From assembly GCA_964521285.1 (NCBI GenBank), contig CAZFQS010000012.1, positions 15,683-79,682 of the forward strand: DNA of 64,000 bases, written 5' to 3'. The stretch's first letter is position 1, and every line of letters begins with the position of its first letter. The DNA is from an uncultured Bacteroidales bacterium. Its GTDB lineage: Bacteria; Bacteroidota; Bacteroidia; Bacteroidales; UBA10428. Position numbers and translations under genes: made by a program. Shown here piece after piece: positions 59,207 to 64,000 of the stretch. The notes under the pieces are model-generated. The model made no database searches, was not told the DNA's origin, and was given only the letters and a program-made list of their open reading frames with translations.

Positions 59207-60325
59207 CTAGATTTCTACAATTCCCTCAAGCCATAAAGTAATCCTTGGATTCTCAGGATCATTTGTTACTACTGTTATCATTTTCTTCTGATTGCCTTTC
59301 CTTCCGGTTGAATTAAATACTACCCTTATTTGAGTAATATCATCGGGCTTAATTACTGTTTTTTTGGGTGTGACAGCTGTACAACCACAGGTAGCCCATA
59401 TTCTTCTTATAATAAGATCGTGTTGCCCGACATTTTTCAGCACAAAATTGTGTTCAATTCTTTTACCCTGTTTGATGGTGCCGAAATTATATGTCCTTGA
59501 TTCAAAATATGTTTTTGGAGCAAGTTCTTTTTCCTCAGGAGAGAGTTCAGAAAAATCTTCTATGATAGTAGCAGTGACAGTTATCATATTTTTTCCCGGA
59601 CTTTCACCGTTAACTGTAAGATATAACCTTTCAATTGCTCTGTCCCATTCATTTTTTAATGCTGAGTTATAAATGATTTCTATTGTCCCCTCTTCAGCTG
59701 GTCGTAATATTTCAGGCTTAAAAACAAAAGTCAGAAATTCAGGTGTATTCTTAAAACCCAGTTTTACAGGATTATTAATCGAAGCATTAGCTACTTTAAT
59801 CAGTTTAGTCTGAGTTTTTCCTTTTAAAATTTCATTGAATGCAACATGTGTATTCTTTAAACGGACATCTCCAATTTCATATTTATATTCCCTCATGATC
59901 CTTGAAATTGTTCCTTCAATTGAACCATCTCCCTCGCCTGTTTTGACAGTCCCTGTAATTTTTAATACTATTGGTTGTCTTTCAGCATTGCTTCTAATTG
60001 TAATCGATTTTGTAAATGGCCCGGGTCGGCCCTTTGGATTAAAACTTACTTTAATTGAACCAGTCTGGCCCGGAATTACAGGTTCTTTAGTCCATTCAGG
60101 GGTAGTACAACCACAACTTGCCTTAACTTCATTTATAATAAAAGGCATATTACCGGTATTTATGAAAGTAAATTCGTGAAATACATCACCATCATCTATA
60201 TATATTATACCAAAATCATGGGTCTCTTCGTCAAATCTGACTGTAGACTTGTTTATCTGTGCTGAAATCCGCGAAACCAAAAATAATAAAACCAGGATAG
60301 ATGAAAGCAATTTTAAATTTTTCAT
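59207..60325 (-). CDS. DUF1573 domain protein (two copies)
   Basis: Signal peptide and two Ig-like modules, each with the C-G-C-T motif (ASCGCTTPEW, ATCGCTAVTP). Confidence 0.7.
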   Translation of the reverse strand: MKNLKLLSSILVLLFLVSRISAQINKSTVRFDEETHDFGIIYIDDGDVFHEFTFINTGNMPFIINEVKASCGCTTPEWTKEPVIPGQTGSIKVSFNPKGRPGPFTKSITIRSNAERQPIVLKITGTVKTGEGDGSIEGTISRIMREYKYEIGDVRLKNTHVAFNEILKGKTQTKLIKVANASINNPVKLGFKNTPEFLTFVFKPEILRPAEEGTIEIIYNSALKNEWDRAIERLYLTVNGESPGKNMITVTATIIEDFSELSPEEKELAPKTYFESRTYNFGTIKQGKRIEHNFVLKNVGQHDLIIRRIWATCGCTAVTPKKTVIKPDDITQIRVVFNSTGRKGNQKKMITVVTNDPENPRITLWLEGIVEI

Positions 60326-60458
60326 TTTATTTATATTAATAAAATAAAATATTATTAAAAGAGTTAAAAAACTGAGAAAAGCAAAATTAGAAAAAAATAA
60401 AATAATAAATTAATTTTATAAAGTCTTTCAATGATAAGTTATCAATATAGGTAGAATA

Positions 60459-63400
60459 ATGATTAAACCTAATAGACTCATACTGTTTTGTGCTCTGTTA
60501 TTTATTTTTTCAAACGTATTTAACCAGTTTTATAACGGGCATAAAATGAAATTTGGGAAAAACCGTGTACAGTATAGTGATTTTTACTGGGAATTCTATC
60601 GATATAAGAAATTCGATGCCTATTTTAACCAGTTCGGCAGAGAACTCGCACAATATACAGCAGACTTCGCTTTAGAAGAAATACCCCGATTGGAAAAATT
60701 CTTTAATTATAATCTGGATAAACGAATCATCTTTATCATTTTCAATAAACTTTCAGATTTTCGACAAAGTAACATAGGATTAATAACAGGCCAGGATGAA
60801 TATAATATTGGAGGGGTAACTACAATCAGCAGAAATAAGGTATTTCTTTATTATGAGGGTAGTTACAAAAAATTCGAGGAACAAATTACTGCCGCAATTG
60901 CTAAAGTCCTGATTAATGAAATATTATATGGTTTCGAATTGAAAGATAATGTTACTAATTCGACATTAATAAATTTACCCGAATGGTATTTTGAAGGATT
61001 GATTTCTTTTGTGTCAAGAGGCTGGGATTTTGAGATAGAGAATAAAGTCAAGGATGGAATATTAAGTAAAAGATATAAAAAGTTTAATCGCCTGATAGGA
61101 GAAGATGCTGTGTATGCAGGACATTCTTTCTGGAAATTTATTGCAGATACCTATGGGGAATCAGTAATACCAAGTATTATCTATCTTACAAGAATAAACA
61201 AAAATTCCAATTCCTGTTTTCTCTATGCATTGGGCTTTTCATTAAAGGAATTATCATATGAATGGATGGCACATTATGTAGATCTTTATAAAAATGATGA
61301 AGATCAAAGAAATATACCTAAAACAGGAAAGATCTTAAAACGTCCGCGACGAAAGCGTATTTATCAGGAAATAAAATTAAATCCTAACGGAAAATATATA
61401 GCATATGTAACAAATGAAATGGGGCGGTATAAGATATGGATTTACAATACTGAAACCAATAAAAATAAAAAGATCTTAAGAAGAGAACATAAACTAGAGC
61501 AAATAACGGATTACTCCTATCCGGTATTAACATGGCATCCGTCGGGAAGAATATTAACATTTATCACTGAGGAAGAGGGAGGAATCAGACTATATTATTA
61601 TACACTGGCAACAAAAACATTAGAGGTTAGAAATTTATACTATTTTGAAAAAATACTTGATTTTTCATTTTCCGATGATGGGTCGCTATTTGTCTTTTCA
61701 GGAGTAAAAAACGGGAAATCAGATATTTTTGTTCATACTATTGCTTCAGGTACATACCAGCAGATAACAGACGATATTGCTGATGATTTTAGTCCAAGAT
61801 TTATAAATAATTCTGAACAAATAATTTTTTCCTCCAACAGATACTCAGATACTCTGGGTAGTGAAATAAACAACAGTAAAAAACGCCTGTATAATGATTT
61901 ATTTATTTTTGATTATAAAAATATGGACAATAAGCTGATACGTTTATCTGATAAAGAATATGTTAATAAGATTCAGCCTTATGAGTTCAGCAAGAACAAA
62001 TTTCTCGTACTAAATGATGAAAGCGGAATAATTAACAGATACGTAACACAGTTTGACAGCACAATTAGTTATATTGACACAACGATACATTACCGTTACT
62101 ATTCCGAATCTTATCCGGTTTCCAATTATTCGAGAAACATAATTGAACATGATTATAATTCAAAAGCAGGACAGCTGGGAGAGATAATTTTTAATGATGG
62201 ACGGTATAATATGTATAATAATTCAGTTACTGAAAAAATAATTGCTGAAGATGAACCGGAAGTAACACAATTCAGAAAAAAATTATCCAGAAAACTGGCT
62301 GAGAAAGACAGTGCTGAAAATATTTATAAGAAAGGGATTAGCATTCAGTCGATGAAAGATAATACTATTATTACAAGTGAGCAGGATACATTTGTATTTG
62401 ATGAATATGAAATAGATATTAATAATTATATTTTTGAAAAAGAAAAGATTAATTATTATAATTCGAAACTTAAAGATAAAAATCTAACACTTTCACTGGA
62501 TACAGGAAAGCAAAAGAGTCCCAAGATTCGTATATATCAGCCGGCCTTCTATCAGAATTATATGGTTAACCAGATTGATTTTAGTTTTTTAAATGAATCT
62601 TACCAGGCATTTACCGGTGGGGCAGTATATTTTAATCCGGGAATGAACATACTTTTTAAGATTGGCACAAATGATTTATTTGATAATTATAAAATTACAG
62701 GAGGATTAAGGCTTTCACCTGATTTTAACAGTAATGAATATCTTATTAGTGTTGAGAACCTGAAAAAACGTCTGGACAAACAATTGGTTTTTCACCGGCA
62801 GACATTTAAGAATGAGGGCGAAGAGGAGGGATATGCCTTTACAGTTAAGACACATACCCACGAACTATCTCTTATTTTCAGGTATCCTTTTGATCAGGTG
62901 AAATCATGGGTAAGAACAATTACTTTCAGAAATGACAGAACAGTATTTCTTGCTACTGATGTTAATTACCTTAACAGGGAAAATATCTACAAAACATGGG
63001 TGGGATTGAAGGTTGAATATATATTTGACAATACAAGATCTCTAGGAATTAATCTACCCAGCGGTACCAGATATAAACTGTTTGGAGAACTATATCAGCA
63101 GGTAAATGACAGGTTTGATGAACTAGTTGTTCTTGGTGTTGATTTCAGGCATTATGTAAAAATACACAGAAATCTTATATGGGCTAATAGATTTGCAGCA
63201 AGTACATCACAAGGTTCCAGCAGATTGATTTATTATCTTGGAGGAGTTGATAACTGGACAAATTTAACTCCTTTTAAAGTACCCACATTTATTCCTTTAA
63301 ATGAAATACCAATTAATACTGAAGCCAATTATGTATACCAGACTGTGGCTACCAATTTAAGAGGGTTTTCTCAGAACATCAGAAATGGCAATAATTTTGC

Positions 63401-63761
63401 ATTAATCAATACAGAAATACGCTGGCCAATATTTAAATATATTGCTAATTATCCCATTAGTAATAGTTTTTTGGAAAATTTTCAGATTGTAGGTTTTTTT
63501 GATATTGGTACAGCATGGTCAGGCCTGACTCCCTGGTCAAAAGAAAATGCATATGATAAGCAGTTAATACCCACTGACGGAAATGGATATCCTATTACAA
63601 TCATAATAGATACTGACAGGGAGCCGTTAGTTGCAGGTTATGGATTTGGTATTCGTTCTCAATTATTAGGATATTTTATAAGGCTTGACTGGGCCTGGGG
63701 TATCGAGGATAATAAAATACTGGACAGAATTTTCTATTTCTCACTTAGTTTGGATTTTTGA
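60459..63761 (+). CDS. Large outer-membrane protein: PD40/TolB-like beta-propeller region plus C-terminal Omp85/surface-antigen-type barrel
   Basis: 1100 aa. PD40-like repeats (NGKYIAYVTNEMGRYKIWIYN; DGSLFVFSGVKNGKSDIFVH; FSPRFINNSEQIIFSSNR). C-terminal GFFDIGTAW...GYGFGIRSQLLGYFIRLDWAWG...SLSLDF. Confidence 0.55.
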   Translation: MIKPNRLILFCALLFIFSNVFNQFYNGHKMKFGKNRVQYSDFYWEFYRYKKFDAYFNQFGRELAQYTADFALEEIPRLEKFFNYNLDKRIIFIIFNKLSDFRQSNIGLITGQDEYNIGGVTTISRNKVFLYYEGSYKKFEEQITAAIAKVLINEILYGFELKDNVTNSTLINLPEWYFEGLISFVSRGWDFEIENKVKDGILSKRYKKFNRLIGEDAVYAGHSFWKFIADTYGESVIPSIIYLTRINKNSNSCFLYALGFSLKELSYEWMAHYVDLYKNDEDQRNIPKTGKILKRPRRKRIYQEIKLNPNGKYIAYVTNEMGRYKIWIYNTETNKNKKILRREHKLEQITDYSYPVLTWHPSGRILTFITEEEGGIRLYYYTLATKTLEVRNLYYFEKILDFSFSDDGSLFVFSGVKNGKSDIFVHTIASGTYQQITDDIADDFSPRFINNSEQIIFSSNRYSDTLGSEINNSKKRLYNDLFIFDYKNMDNKLIRLSDKEYVNKIQPYEFSKNKFLVLNDESGIINRYVTQFDSTISYIDTTIHYRYYSESYPVSNYSRNIIEHDYNSKAGQLGEIIFNDGRYNMYNNSVTEKIIAEDEPEVTQFRKKLSRKLAEKDSAENIYKKGISIQSMKDNTIITSEQDTFVFDEYEIDINNYIFEKEKINYYNSKLKDKNLTLSLDTGKQKSPKIRIYQPAFYQNYMVNQIDFSFLNESYQAFTGGAVYFNPGMNILFKIGTNDLFDNYKITGGLRLSPDFNSNEYLISVENLKKRLDKQLVFHRQTFKNEGEEEGYAFTVKTHTHELSLIFRYPFDQVKSWVRTITFRNDRTVFLATDVNYLNRENIYKTWVGLKVEYIFDNTRSLGINLPSGTRYKLFGELYQQVNDRFDELVVLGVDFRHYVKIHRNLIWANRFAASTSQGSSRLIYYLGGVDNWTNLTPFKVPTFIPLNEIPINTEANYVYQTVATNLRGFSQNIRNGNNFALINTEIRWPIFKYIANYPISNSFLENFQIVGFFDIGTAWSGLTPWSKENAYDKQLIPTDGNGYPITIIIDTDREPLVAGYGFGIRSQLLGYFIRLDWAWGIEDNKILDRIFYFSLSLDF

Positions 63762-63849
63762 TTAATAATCTGAATTTTAACAGAAAATATGTTTTTAGAA
63801 TAAATTTATAGTATAAATTTGTTTTTTTTATTAATTAAAATTAATTGAA

Positions 63850-64000
63850 ATGGCTTATACAATAAATGATGAATGCACTGCCTGTGGAATATGCTTACCA
63901 GAGTGCCCCAATAGTGCTATAAGTGAGGGCGATCCTTATGTGATTGATCCCAATAAATGTAATGAATGTGAGGGATTTCATGATGTGCCGCAATGTGTTG
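63850..64000 (+). CDS. 2x[4Fe-4S] ferredoxin (partial, runs off the window)
   Basis: [24 protein letters not shown] (CxxCxxCxxxCP), then [13 protein letters not shown]. Confidence 0.75.
   Translation, partial: MAYTINDECTACGICLPECPNSAISEGDPYVIDPNKCNECEGFHDVPQCV

Noticed and set aside
1-64000. Search for CRISPR arrays, tRNA/rRNA genes, IS elements, integrases, prophage or defence-system genes
   Set aside because: I saw no regularly spaced direct repeats, no tRNA T-loop/acceptor signatures and no transposase, integrase, reverse-transcriptase or nuclease/ATPase defence-type ORFs. The only repeat structures are the short ones reported around hypAB and nikR.

Overview
Bacteroidota-type chromosomal segment, identified by SusC/SusD pairs, a hybrid two-component sensor, T9SS C-terminal sorting domains and lipoproteins with acidic residues after the lipobox Cys. 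(1) About 1-38 kb is a large polysaccharide utilization locus. Its enzyme set points to (fuco)galacto-xyloglucan: GH31 alpha-xylosidase with a PA14-like insert, GH74, GH5, GH2, GH95, a GH51-like clan GH-A enzyme, an IPT/TIG SGBP-like lipoprotein and an HTCS regulator. It has two SusC/SusD pairs. The SusC next to the regulator carries an in-frame TGA 40 codons before an otherwise perfect barrel C-terminus. A second propeller/Y_Y_Y sensor ends in GAF plus coiled coil with no kinase, next to an arsM deletion scar. (2) 38.3-42.9 kb is a NikR-headed, co-directional cluster: a TonB-dependent receptor, an exported nucleoside-hydrolase/FmdE-like fusion protein, and a His-rich NicO/RcnA-like permease. 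A 27-bp motif (21/27 identical) sits in front of both nikR and the receptor gene. I consider this the most likely undescribed system, a candidate Bacteroidota nickel acquisition pathway. (3) 51.5-52.9 kb holds an orphan hypA-hypB pair. It is preceded by a GC-rich, multi-stem leader (candidate cis-regulatory RNA) and bracketed by an 18/20 inverted repeat. The rest is housekeeping or unknown: folA, arsC, M1 peptidase, meaB, DUF1573, a TBDR+DUF4249 pair, a TPR-SpoIIE phosphatase, T9SS cargo of unknown function, a PD40/Omp85-type barrel protein and a partial ferredoxin. I saw no rRNA, tRNA, CRISPR array, transposase, integrase or recognisable defence genes. All calls rest on motif recognition by eye and nothing was searched against databases.
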